Shown: positions 48,342 to 57,378 of the stretch, piece by piece | Layout of the letters: the number at the start of each line of letters is the position of its first letter | Position numbering within the stretch: the stretch's first letter is position 1 | DNA from: Vicingaceae bacterium | Lineage (GTDB): Bacteria; Bacteroidota; Bacteroidia; Flavobacteriales_E; Vicingaceae | DNA: 64,000 nt | Assembly (NCBI GenBank): GCA_047627915.1 | Contig: JBLHTZ010000009.1 | Span: forward strand, 3,055-67,054 | Direction of reading: 5' to 3' | Translations under genes and position numbers: made by a program | Notes under the pieces: model-generated | Told to the model about the DNA's origin: nothing | The model's input: only the letters and a program-made list of their open reading frames with translations | Databases searched by the model: none

Positions 48342-48701
48342 ATGAAAGTAGGAGTTAACCTTCGCAAGGTAAGAGAGCTAAAAGGCTTCACACAAGAATA
48401 CATGGCTTCAGAGTTAGAAATTAGCCAAAGAAATTACAGCAGGCTTGAAAAAGACGAGGTAGAATTAACCTTGTCACGTCTTTCGAAAATTAGTGAAATA
48501 TTAGAAGTTACCCCAAGTCAGATTTTGGGTTTTGATGAGAAGTTTTTCTTTTCAAATTGTGATAATGCTTATGGAGCTACCAATCAAAACAATTACTCTT
48601 TTTCTGAAAAAGAAAGAGAACAATATGAAAGTCAGATTAATCATTTAAATGGGGAAGTCGTTTTTCTACGAAATCAATTGGAAGAATTGATAAAGAAATA
48701 G
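48342..48701 (+). CDS. XRE-family helix-turn-helix transcriptional regulator
   Basis: N-terminal HTH_3 pattern (LRKVRELKGFTQEYMASELEISQRNYSRLEKDE) and a C-terminal coiled-coil-like tail. Confidence 0.85.
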   Translation: MKVGVNLRKVRELKGFTQEYMASELEISQRNYSRLEKDEVELTLSRLSKISEILEVTPSQILGFDEKFFFSNCDNAYGATNQNNYSFSEKEREQYESQINHLNGEVVFLRNQLEELIKK

Positions 48702-48706
48702 AAACT

Positions 48707-50176
48707 TTAACTAATCTTCAAATACGCTTCCAACCCGTGCATTCCGCCTTCTCGTCCAAAGCCGCTTTCTTTGAACCCGCCAAAAGGTGAGGTAGGGTCG
48801 AATTTGTTAAATGTATTTGCCCAAATAACACCCGCTTTTAACTGAGCTGCCATGTTGAACGCCTTTGAGCCTTTGTCGGTCCAAATGCCAGCAGAAAGCC
48901 CATAAGGCGTATTGTTGGCTTTTTCAATGGCTTCGTCCACTGTTCTAAAGGTTTGGATGGCTAATACTGGTCCAAAAATTTCTTCTTGCGAAAGACGACT
49001 ACTTTGAGCAACATCAAAAAATAAGGTTGGAGCACAGAAGTACCCTTTCTTAGGAACCGCTGCATTCGCTTGGAATTTTTCTAACCCTTCTTGTTCTCCT
49101 ATTTTAATATAGTCGTGAATGGTTTTTAATTGCTCTTTTGAGTTGATCGCTCCTATGTCTGTATTCTTATCCATTGGGTCTCCGACAATTAAAGTCTCCA
49201 AACGAATCTTTAATTTTTGAATCACTTCGTTTTTGATTGACTCTTGAATAAACAATCTAGAACCGGCGCAACAAACGTTACCTTGGTTAAAGAAAATTCC
49301 ATTAATCACCCCTTCAACAGCTTGGTCAATTGGAGCGTCTTCAAAAATGATATTTGCTGCTTTCCCTCCTAGTTCTAATGTTGTTTTTTTACCTGTTCCG
49401 GCTATCGCTTTTTGAATAATTTTTCCAACTTCAGTAGACCCTGTAAAAGCAATTTTGTTAACGTCAGGATGGTTCACAATGGCCGCTCCAGTCGCTCCAG
49501 CCCCTGTTACTATATTTACCACACCTGCAGGTAATCCAGCATCCTGAATTAGTTCAGCTAATTTCATGGCTGTAACAGAAGTTGTTTCAGCAGGTTTTAG
49601 CACCACACAATTGCCACAAGCTAAGGCTGGAGCAATTTTCCAGGCTGCCATCAAAAGTGGAAAGTTCCAAGGTATAATTTGACCTGCTACGCCTAAAGGT
49701 TCCACCTTTCTATTCGGAAAAGCATACTCTAATTTATCGGCCCAACCCGCGTAGTAAAAAAAATGAGCTGCTGCTAGCGGAATATCTATGTCTCTCGACT
49801 CTCTAATTGGTTTCCCTCCGTCAATCGATTCAATTACAGAAAACTCTCTAGCTCTTTCTTGAATTAAACGAGCGATTCTATAAATGTATTTCCCTCGTTC
49901 TTTGGCAGGTAATTTCGACCATGCAGGGAAGGCCTTTCGAGCTGCTTGTACAGCCGAATCAACATCCTTTTCATTTGCTTCTGCTAATTCACAAATTACT
50001 TCTTCCGTAGCAGGGTTAATGCTGTCGAAGTATTTTTTTGAGTTTGGTTTTACAAACTTTCCTCCAATAAACAGATCATACTGCTTTTTAATTTCAACAT
50101 GATCCGCGCTTTCAGGGGCAGGAGCGTACTTCCAATCCGTGTCAAATTTTAATGAAAAGCTATTTTCTTTTGCCAT
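48707..50176 (-). CDS. NAD(P)-dependent aldehyde dehydrogenase
   Basis: Complete ALDH with LELGGKAANIIF (catalytic Glu region) and FNQGNVCCAGSRLF (catalytic Cys). 489 aa. Confidence 0.92.
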   Translation of the reverse strand: MAKENSFSLKFDTDWKYAPAPESADHVEIKKQYDLFIGGKFVKPNSKKYFDSINPATEEVICELAEANEKDVDSAVQAARKAFPAWSKLPAKERGKYIYRIARLIQERAREFSVIESIDGGKPIRESRDIDIPLAAAHFFYYAGWADKLEYAFPNRKVEPLGVAGQIIPWNFPLLMAAWKIAPALACGNCVVLKPAETTSVTAMKLAELIQDAGLPAGVVNIVTGAGATGAAIVNHPDVNKIAFTGSTEVGKIIQKAIAGTGKKTTLELGGKAANIIFEDAPIDQAVEGVINGIFFNQGNVCCAGSRLFIQESIKNEVIQKLKIRLETLIVGDPMDKNTDIGAINSKEQLKTIHDYIKIGEQEGLEKFQANAAVPKKGYFCAPTLFFDVAQSSRLSQEEIFGPVLAIQTFRTVDEAIEKANNTPYGLSAGIWTDKGSKAFNMAAQLKAGVIWANTFNKFDPTSPFGGFKESGFGREGGMHGLEAYLKIS

Positions 50177-50270
50177 TTCTTTTGAATATTAAATGTTTAA
50201 TGAGGAATGTTAAATGTTTGGTGTCTCGACTTCATTTTACATTTGAGAATTTCACATTTCACATTAGATT

Positions 50271-51164
50271 TTAGTCTTTCGAGAAATAATCCCCAGACTG
50301 GTAAATACCTGTTTCTTGTTTTTTAAGTTGCAAAAGGATGTCATTTGTTAATCGACTAGCTCCAAATCGGAACCATTCGTTTGTCATCCAATCGTTGCCT
50401 AACGTCTCTCTAAGCATTACCAAAAATTGAAGAGCTGTTTTTGAGTCAGAAATTCCACCTGCAGGTTTCATTCCTACCATTTTGCCCGTTTTGAGGTAAT
50501 GGTCTTTAATCGCTTCTAACATTAATAGCGTGACTGGCATGGTGGCGGCAGGAGAAATTTTTCCCGTTGATGTCTTAATAAAGTCAGCACCTGCCCAAAT
50601 AGCAATATCACTTGCTCTGCGAACATTGTCTGCTGTTCCCAATTCTCCAGTTTCTAAAATCACTTTTAATCTTGCTTTTCCGCAGGCTTCTTTTATCGTT
50701 GCAATTTCATCGTAAACAAATTGATATTCTCCTTGATGAAACTTTCCTCTGGAAATGACCATGTCAATTTCGTCTGCACCAGCATCAACAGCTATTTTAG
50801 TATCTTCTAATTTAACTTTTAGATTACTATTTCCGCTTGGAAATGCAGTAGCAACCGAAGCTACTTTCACTCCAGATTTCCCAAGTGCTTTTTTCGCGGT
50901 AGCTACGTGGTTTGGGTAAACACAGATTGCAGCCACTGTAGGAATGTCCAAACTATCATCTGGGTGCATGCCTTTATAGCACAATTGTTTGACTTTACCT
51001 TCAGTATCTTTGCCCTCTAATGTAGTGAGGTCAATCATGTTTAAGGCTAACTTAAGACCTTGAATTTTAGCCTCCTTCTTAATGCTTCTTGTTTTGAAAC
51101 GATCGGCTCTTTCAACTAAACCTACCTGGTCAATTTTTTGGGTGTTTTTAAAATCCAACTCCAT
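50271..51164 (-). CDS. deoC: deoxyribose-phosphate aldolase (long form)
   Basis: DFIKTSTGK Schiff-base Lys region and LTTLEGKDT. About 297 aa from the ATG at 51164. Confidence 0.85.
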   Translation of the reverse strand: MELDFKNTQKIDQVGLVERADRFKTRSIKKEAKIQGLKLALNMIDLTTLEGKDTEGKVKQLCYKGMHPDDSLDIPTVAAICVYPNHVATAKKALGKSGVKVASVATAFPSGNSNLKVKLEDTKIAVDAGADEIDMVISRGKFHQGEYQFVYDEIATIKEACGKARLKVILETGELGTADNVRRASDIAIWAGADFIKTSTGKISPAATMPVTLLMLEAIKDHYLKTGKMVGMKPAGGISDSKTALQFLVMLRETLGNDWMTNEWFRFGASRLTNDILLQLKKQETGIYQSGDYFSKD

Positions 51165-51247
51165 AGTTTTTTGATACAGTTTCAAAGGTAAGAGATTTGA
51201 AAAGAAGAAGCGTAGAACAAACTAAAATCAATGTGACAAAGGCAATC

Positions 51248-51263
51248 TAAATTTGTAAATTTG
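51248..51263 (+). promoter_or_regulatory. tandem -7 boxes TAAATTTG-TAAATTTG upstream of cysC
   Basis: Two adjacent exact TAnnTTTG matches ending 9 nt before the ATG at 51273. The TTG start used by the ORF track lies inside the second box. Confidence 0.45.
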
Positions 51264-51272
51264 GCAATTCAA

Positions 51273-51878
51273 ATGAAAAACGAGGGCAATAATATTTATT
51301 CTGTGTTTGATGAAATTCTTCCAAAAGAAGAAAAAGAAAAAATGCTCAATCAAAAAGCAAAAGTTTTATGGTTAACTGGCTTGAGCGGCTCTGGGAAAAC
51401 GACAATAGCAAAGGTTCTGGAGAAAGAGTTACATCTACAAGGTTTTTTAACTCAATTATTGGATGGTGATAATATTAGAGCAGGAATAAACAATAACTTG
51501 GGTTTTTCGGAAGAAGATAGGACAGAGAACATTCGCAGAATTGCTGAGGTTTCTAAGTTATTTCTCAATTGCGGAGTTATTACTATTAATTGTTTTGTGA
51601 GCCCCACAGAGCAAATTCGAAATCAAGCTAAAGCCATAATTGGCGAAGAAAATTTCATAGAAATATTTATAAATACTCCTTTGGAAGTTTGTGAAGCTAG
51701 AGACACGAAAGGACTTTATGCAAAAGCCAGGAGAGGAGAAGTAAAGAACTTTACAGGTATTAGTGCGCCATTCGAGGATCCTCAAACCCCAAGTATTAAA
51801 GTAGAGACAGAAAATCAAACGTTAGAAGAGTCAGCCAATGAAGTTTTAGTGCACATTCTACCACTTATAAAAGCATAA
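51273..51878 (+). CDS. cysC: adenylylsulfate (APS) kinase
   Basis: P-loop GLSGSGKTT and LDGDNIR motifs. Confidence 0.92.
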   Translation: MKNEGNNIYSVFDEILPKEEKEKMLNQKAKVLWLTGLSGSGKTTIAKVLEKELHLQGFLTQLLDGDNIRAGINNNLGFSEEDRTENIRRIAEVSKLFLNCGVITINCFVSPTEQIRNQAKAIIGEENFIEIFINTPLEVCEARDTKGLYAKARRGEVKNFTGISAPFEDPQTPSIKVETENQTLEESANEVLVHILPLIKA

Positions 51879-52784
51879 ATGAACAGTTATAATTTAAATC
51901 ACCTAAAGGAACTAGAATCTGAGGCTATCTATATAGTTAGAGAGGTAGCAGCTCAGTTCGAAAACCCAGTTTTACTTTTTTCAGGAGGTAAAGATTCCAT
52001 CGTTTGCGCACACATTGCCAAAAAAGCTTTTTATCCTGCAAAGGTTCCTTTTCCACTAATGCATATAGACACCGGACATAACTTTCCAGAGACGATTGAA
52101 TTTAGAGATAAGTTTGTAAAAGAGATGGGGGCAAATTTAATTGTTGCGTCGGTTCAGGATGCGATTGATCAAGGTTTGGCAGTAGAAGAAAAAGGATTTA
52201 ATGCAAGTCGCAATGGCATCCAAACAGTAGCGCTCCTTAAAGGTATTGAGGATAATAAATTTGACGCCGCTATGGGTGGTGCTCGGCGGGATGAAGAAAA
52301 AGCCAGAGCTAAAGAAAGGTTTTTTTCTCACAGAGATGAATTTGGACAATGGGATCCTAAAAATCAGAGAGCTGAGTTGTGGAACATCTTTAATGGAATG
52401 AAGCATTTCGGTGAAAACTTTAGGGTATTCCCTATATCGAATTGGACCGAGATGGACGTTTGGCAATATATTTTAGCGGAAGGAATTGAACTGCCTTCGC
52501 TTTATTTTTCGCACCAAAGAGAATGTTTTATTAGAGATGGTGTGGTAATGTTTGCTTCCGACGTAATGGATAGGAAATCTGACGAGAAGGTCGAAAAAAT
52601 GACGGTTCGTTTTAGAACGATTGGCGATATGACTTGCACAGGAGCAGTGTATTCAGAAGCTGATGATTTGGAGAAGATTATTGAAGAAGTTGCAGCAACT
52701 AGAACAACGGAAAGGGGAACGCGGTCAGACGATAAGCGATCTGAAGCGGCGATGGAAGATAGAAAAAAACAAGGGTACTTTTAA
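51879..52784 (+). CDS. cysD: sulfate adenylyltransferase subunit 2
   Basis: PP-loop FSGGKDS. 301 aa. Its start immediately follows the cysC stop. Confidence 0.93.
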   Translation: MNSYNLNHLKELESEAIYIVREVAAQFENPVLLFSGGKDSIVCAHIAKKAFYPAKVPFPLMHIDTGHNFPETIEFRDKFVKEMGANLIVASVQDAIDQGLAVEEKGFNASRNGIQTVALLKGIEDNKFDAAMGGARRDEEKARAKERFFSHRDEFGQWDPKNQRAELWNIFNGMKHFGENFRVFPISNWTEMDVWQYILAEGIELPSLYFSHQRECFIRDGVVMFASDVMDRKSDEKVEKMTVRFRTIGDMTCTGAVYSEADDLEKIIEEVAATRTTERGTRSDDKRSEAAMEDRKKQGYF

Positions 52785-52824
52785 CTGATTGTCGAATGAC
52801 AATTGGTAAATAACAATTAAGAAA

Positions 52825-54090
52825 ATGAGTGGTAAATCATACCTAGATATGGAGTTGTTGAGGTTTTCAACAGCTGGAAGCGTAGATGACGGGAAGAGCA
52901 CATTGATTGGTAGAATGCTATACGATAGCAAATCTATATTTCAAGATCAGTATGAAGCAATAGAAGCTAGTAGCAAGAAGAAAGGTGAGGCGACTGTGAA
53001 TTTGGCTCTTTTAACCGATGGATTGCGTTCTGAAAGAGAGCAAGGAATTACGATTGATGTTGCCTACCGATATTTCGCAACTCCCAAAAGGAAGTTTATT
53101 ATTGCTGATACTCCAGGGCACATTCAGTATACTCGAAATATGGTTACTGGTGCATCAACGTCAAACCTTTCAATAATTTTGATTGATGCTAGAAAGGGAA
53201 TTATTGAGCAAACCTATCGCCACACTTTTATTGCATCTTTACTTGGTATTCCACACGTTGTGTTCTGTATTAATAAAATGGATTTAGTTGATTACAGCGA
53301 AGAAGTTTTTGAGGGAATTAAAAAAGACACCGAAGCGTTCGTTTCTAAATTGGGAATTCAGGACATTAATTTTATTCCAATCTCGGCATTGAATGGAGAT
53401 AATGTGGTAAATAAATCCGAAAACATGGACTGGTACCAAGGTGGTACACTGTTGTATTTATTGGAAAACATTCACATTGGTAGTGACCATAACCATGTAG
53501 ATTGCCGTTTTCCAGTTCAATATGTAATACGGCCTCAAACAGACGAATTTCACGACTATCGAGGGTATGCTGGAAGAATAGCAGGAGGTGTATTTAAGCC
53601 GGGAGATAAAGTAGTTGCTTTACCATCAGGATTTAGTTCTACCATAAAATCTATTGACACAATGGATGGGCCGGTAGAAGAAGCTTTCGCTCCAATGTCA
53701 GTTACGTTAACATTAGAGGATGAAATCGATATCAGTAGAGGTGATATGATTGTGCGAGAAAATAATCAGCCGAATGTTACTCAAGATGTTGATTTGATGG
53801 TGTGTTGGTTAAACGAAAGACCGTTGCAAGTAAGAGGAAAATACGCCATTAAGCACACTTCGAACGACGTGAGATGTATCGTGAAAGAAGTAAAATACAA
53901 GGTGGACATCAATACTCTTCATCGGATGGAGGACGATAAAGAAATTAAGATGAATGATATAGGGAGGATTTCTATTAGAACGACTAAAGCACTTTTTACG
54001 GATGAATACAAACGAAATCGAAATACCGGAAGCCTAATCATTATTGATGAAGCAACAAATGAGACAGTAGGTGCAGGAATGATTTTGTAA
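52825..54090 (+). CDS. cysN: sulfate adenylyltransferase subunit 1 (GTPase)
   Basis: GSVDDGKSTLIGR, DTPGH and NKMD motifs. There is no fused kinase domain, consistent with the separate cysC. Confidence 0.93.
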   Translation: MSGKSYLDMELLRFSTAGSVDDGKSTLIGRMLYDSKSIFQDQYEAIEASSKKKGEATVNLALLTDGLRSEREQGITIDVAYRYFATPKRKFIIADTPGHIQYTRNMVTGASTSNLSIILIDARKGIIEQTYRHTFIASLLGIPHVVFCINKMDLVDYSEEVFEGIKKDTEAFVSKLGIQDINFIPISALNGDNVVNKSENMDWYQGGTLLYLLENIHIGSDHNHVDCRFPVQYVIRPQTDEFHDYRGYAGRIAGGVFKPGDKVVALPSGFSSTIKSIDTMDGPVEEAFAPMSVTLTLEDEIDISRGDMIVRENNQPNVTQDVDLMVCWLNERPLQVRGKYAIKHTSNDVRCIVKEVKYKVDINTLHRMEDDKEIKMNDIGRISIRTTKALFTDEYKRNRNTGSLIIIDEATNETVGAGMIL

Positions 54091-54095
54091 AAAAA

Positions 54096-54608
54096 TTAGT
54101 TCGCTGCTTTTATTGCCTTATTCAGTTTTTTGATGATAAGTTTGAAGTCATACACCTTCATTTCATCTATACGAAACACTTCGTATGCGATATTATTTTC
54201 CATGTCGAAAATGAAATATTCGAAAACAACTAGCTCGTTATCAGGAGGTTGATTCATTAAATGGTCGTATTTGTATACACTGCTTTGCAATACATACTTA
54301 TAGCCAGCCTGAGCTAGGGAGAAATAGGTTGAAGGGGTTGTAATTGCATATTCAAAAGGGTACTCTAAGGCTGCACCTTTCAGCTTTCTATTGGACTCTT
54401 TTAAGACATTGTTATGATTTTCTTGTCTTTGTAAGATGTATTTAGTAGACTTTGTTTTCTCCTCAAACTGGCTCAACTTAATTGGCTCATGTTCTAGAAA
54501 TATGATTTTTTCTTTATCCAAGTCATCTGGACTACCTTTTTTAAAAGTAGGTTGTTGCGCTAAAGTAACAACTGGGACAAAGAGTAGCAGAAACAGTAGT
54601 TTTTTCAT
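54096..54608 (-). CDS. hypothetical secreted protein
   Basis: Signal peptide MKKLLFLLLFVPVVTLAQ. No recognisable motif. Confidence 0.5.
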   Translation of the reverse strand: MKKLLFLLLFVPVVTLAQQPTFKKGSPDDLDKEKIIFLEHEPIKLSQFEEKTKSTKYILQRQENHNNVLKESNRKLKGAALEYPFEYAITTPSTYFSLAQAGYKYVLQSSVYKYDHLMNQPPDNELVVFEYFIFDMENNIAYEVFRIDEMKVYDFKLIIKKLNKAIKAAN

Positions 54609-54659
54609 GATATAATTTTATGCGAATTTACTTCATATAATTTTTTAATAGAATTCTAT

Positions 54660-56483
54660 TTATTCGTGAGAAAAGTCTTGTAAAACTTTTCGATATGCAT
54701 TGAATAATTTTGATTTTGAAACAAACCCAACATACTTGCCGTCATCAATAACAGGTAAATTCCATGCTCCAGTGTTGTTGAATTTTTCCATAACCCGATC
54801 CATGCGATCATTTGATGAGATGGACGCAGGGAAGTCTCGCATGATTTCGTTTATAAACACTTTATCATACTGTTCAGGTTGGAACATAATTTGACGGATG
54901 TCATCTAGTAATACAACACCTTCTAACTCAAAATTCTCGTTGACTACTGGGAAGATGTTACGTTTAGATTTAGAAACTGTTTTTACTAGGCTGCGCAAAC
55001 TATCTTTTGGTGAAACAGTGCTAAAATCTTTTTCTACTTCAGCTTGTAAGTTCATTAAAGTGAGTACTGCTTTGTCCTTATCGTGAGTAATTAATTCTCC
55101 ACGTTTAGCCAACTGCATGGTATAAAGCGAGTGGGGATTAAAATACTTAGATGTCATAAATGCAAAACCAGCAGTAATCATCAATGGAATAATTAATTCA
55201 TAACCTCTGGTTATTTCTGCAATTAAAAACAATCCAGTTAGTGGAGCATGTATTACTCCTGCAATCAGCCCCGCCATTCCAACTAAGGTGAAATTCCGTT
55301 CAGAAATTCCAATAAAATTCAAATGGTTAACCACTTTTGAAAACACAAATCCAGTGATAGATCCTAAAAATAATGAGGGAGCAAAAATTCCTCCAATCCC
55401 TCCTGCACCAAATGTAATTGAGGTTGCAATTACTTTAGCTAAAACCACTAAAATTAAAAATGCAATTACTACCCAAAAACTATCTTTAAAGTCATTTAAG
55501 TAAGTGCCATTAAGGGCCTCACTTGCATTGTCGCCCAACAATAACTTTATTACCCCAAATCCTTCACCATAAAGTGGTGGAATAAAGAAGATAAGCACAC
55601 CTAAGAATATAGAGCCTATCAGCATCCGTTTATAGATTCCATTAATTGCTTCAAATCTATTTTCAATCGACCAATACATTTTGCTAAAATAGACAGACAC
55701 TAAACCAGTAAGTCCTCCGAGAAGCATGTAAAATGGAACATCTGCTAAGGTGAATCCTTCTAATACTTTTACATTAAATAAAACTTCATCCCCTAAAATA
55801 AATGCAGAGGTTAATGCGGCTGACACAGATGCCATAAGCAGCGGAATAAGTGAAACTGCCGTAAGGTCAAGCATTATTACTTCCAAGGCAAATACTATTG
55901 CTGCAATGGGGGCATTAAATATCCCTGACATGGCACCAGTTGCACCACAGCCTAGCATCAAGGTGGTGATTTTGTAGTTTGACCTTGACAATCTAGCAAA
56001 ATTCGAACCTATGGCACTACTTGTTCCAACTGTTGGTCCTTCAAGTCCAACTGATCCTCCAAATCCAACAGTAATTATACTTGTAATGATGGAAGAGTAG
56101 GTAGATTTCTTACTCATCTGAGACCGTTTTTTTGAAATGGCATAGAGTGTAGCTGGAATTCCATGACCTACTTTTTCCTTGACTACATATTTTACTATGA
56201 GCACAGTTAGGGCGATTCCGACTCCAGGGTAAATAAAATAGAGGTAGTTTTCATAATCGGCTACGTGTTCAGATTTTAACAAAAACTGAATAAAATGTAC
56301 CATGTTTTTAAGCACCACAGCAACAATTCCAGCTGAAAACCCAATAAATATACTGAGTAATAATATAAATTGACGCTCACTAATGTGTTTGTGTCGCCAT
56401 ACTAAAAATTGGCGGTGCGCAACTTTGCCCTTCGCTGGCAAAGAATGATAGAATCGTATGATTGAATAAATCAAACTCTTCAT
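54660..56483 (-). CDS. ClC-family chloride channel/antiporter with C-terminal CBS pair
   Basis: GSVGLEGP and GGIFAPSL selectivity-filter motifs, plus two C-terminal CBS-like repeats. Confidence 0.9.
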   Translation of the reverse strand: MKSLIYSIIRFYHSLPAKGKVAHRQFLVWRHKHISERQFILLLSIFIGFSAGIVAVVLKNMVHFIQFLLKSEHVADYENYLYFIYPGVGIALTVLIVKYVVKEKVGHGIPATLYAISKKRSQMSKKSTYSSIITSIITVGFGGSVGLEGPTVGTSSAIGSNFARLSRSNYKITTLMLGCGATGAMSGIFNAPIAAIVFALEVIMLDLTAVSLIPLLMASVSAALTSAFILGDEVLFNVKVLEGFTLADVPFYMLLGGLTGLVSVYFSKMYWSIENRFEAINGIYKRMLIGSIFLGVLIFFIPPLYGEGFGVIKLLLGDNASEALNGTYLNDFKDSFWVVIAFLILVVLAKVIATSITFGAGGIGGIFAPSLFLGSITGFVFSKVVNHLNFIGISERNFTLVGMAGLIAGVIHAPLTGLFLIAEITRGYELIIPLMITAGFAFMTSKYFNPHSLYTMQLAKRGELITHDKDKAVLTLMNLQAEVEKDFSTVSPKDSLRSLVKTVSKSKRNIFPVVNENFELEGVVLLDDIRQIMFQPEQYDKVFINEIMRDFPASISSNDRMDRVMEKFNNTGAWNLPVIDDGKYVGFVSKSKLFNAYRKVLQDFSHE

Positions 56484-56490
56484 ACTACAA

Positions 56491-57378
56491 TTATTCTTTA
56501 GCTGTAAGTTGTACTTCCGAACTTCTCAAATGTAAATCTCTCTGTGGGAAAGGAATAGTCACATTGTGTTCTCTAAATTTTTTGTCAATAGCAAAACGCA
56601 TTCTGCTCTTTATGAACTCAATTCGCCAAACCTCTTTTGACCAAAAATGTATTTCAAAATCTAATGATGAATCGCCAAAGTCAAGAAAACGTACAAAGGG
56701 CTTAATTTTCATATTTACTGCGTCATCTTCTTTGGCTACTTCTGTTAATATTTTTTCTACTAATTCGGTATCAGAACCATAGGCAACTCCAACTGCTACA
56801 TGAAACCGGGTTAAAACATTGCTATTGGTCCAATTGATTACTCGATTGTTGGTCAACTGAGAATTTGGAACAAAAATTACGATTCCGTCTCTTGTCCGAA
56901 CCTTTGAAGTTCGAAGTTTAATTTCTTTAACAGTAGCTAAAATGCCATTTTCAAATTCTATGATATCGCCAATCACCACGTCGCCTTCAAACAACAGAAT
57001 AAGGCCTGAAATAAAATCTTTAAAAGCATCTTGTAACCCAAATCCTAGACCAATAAAAAGAGCTGAAGAACCTAAAAGGATAGGCGTGATGTTAAATCCT
57101 ATACTTCTAATAGCTAGCAAAACAGCTAATAGGTAAATCACATATTTACCTATTTGAATTAAAGCAAGTGCTTTTCCATCAAAAGGGTCTTCGTTTTGGG
57201 TAATTCGTTTTCGGAGGTACTTTGCTAAATTAGATGTGATTAGTCTAGCGATAACTAGAATGAGTACAACTACAATGATGTTATAAATTGAAAGATGATA
57301 TTCACCAAGTTCTATAACTTGAAACTCCAATACTTCTTGAATACTTTTCCAAATGCTTTTTGCTTCTTCTTCAATCAT
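56491..57378 (-). CDS. MscS-family mechanosensitive channel (intact)
   Basis: TM helices followed by GDIIEFENGILATVKEIKLRTSKVRTRDGIVIFVPNSQL, an MscS beta-domain. Confidence 0.88.
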   Translation of the reverse strand: MIEEEAKSIWKSIQEVLEFQVIELGEYHLSIYNIIVVVLILVIARLITSNLAKYLRKRITQNEDPFDGKALALIQIGKYVIYLLAVLLAIRSIGFNITPILLGSSALFIGLGFGLQDAFKDFISGLILLFEGDVVIGDIIEFENGILATVKEIKLRTSKVRTRDGIVIFVPNSQLTNNRVINWTNSNVLTRFHVAVGVAYGSDTELVEKILTEVAKEDDAVNMKIKPFVRFLDFGDSSLDFEIHFWSKEVWRIEFIKSRMRFAIDKKFREHNVTIPFPQRDLHLRSSEVQLTAKE

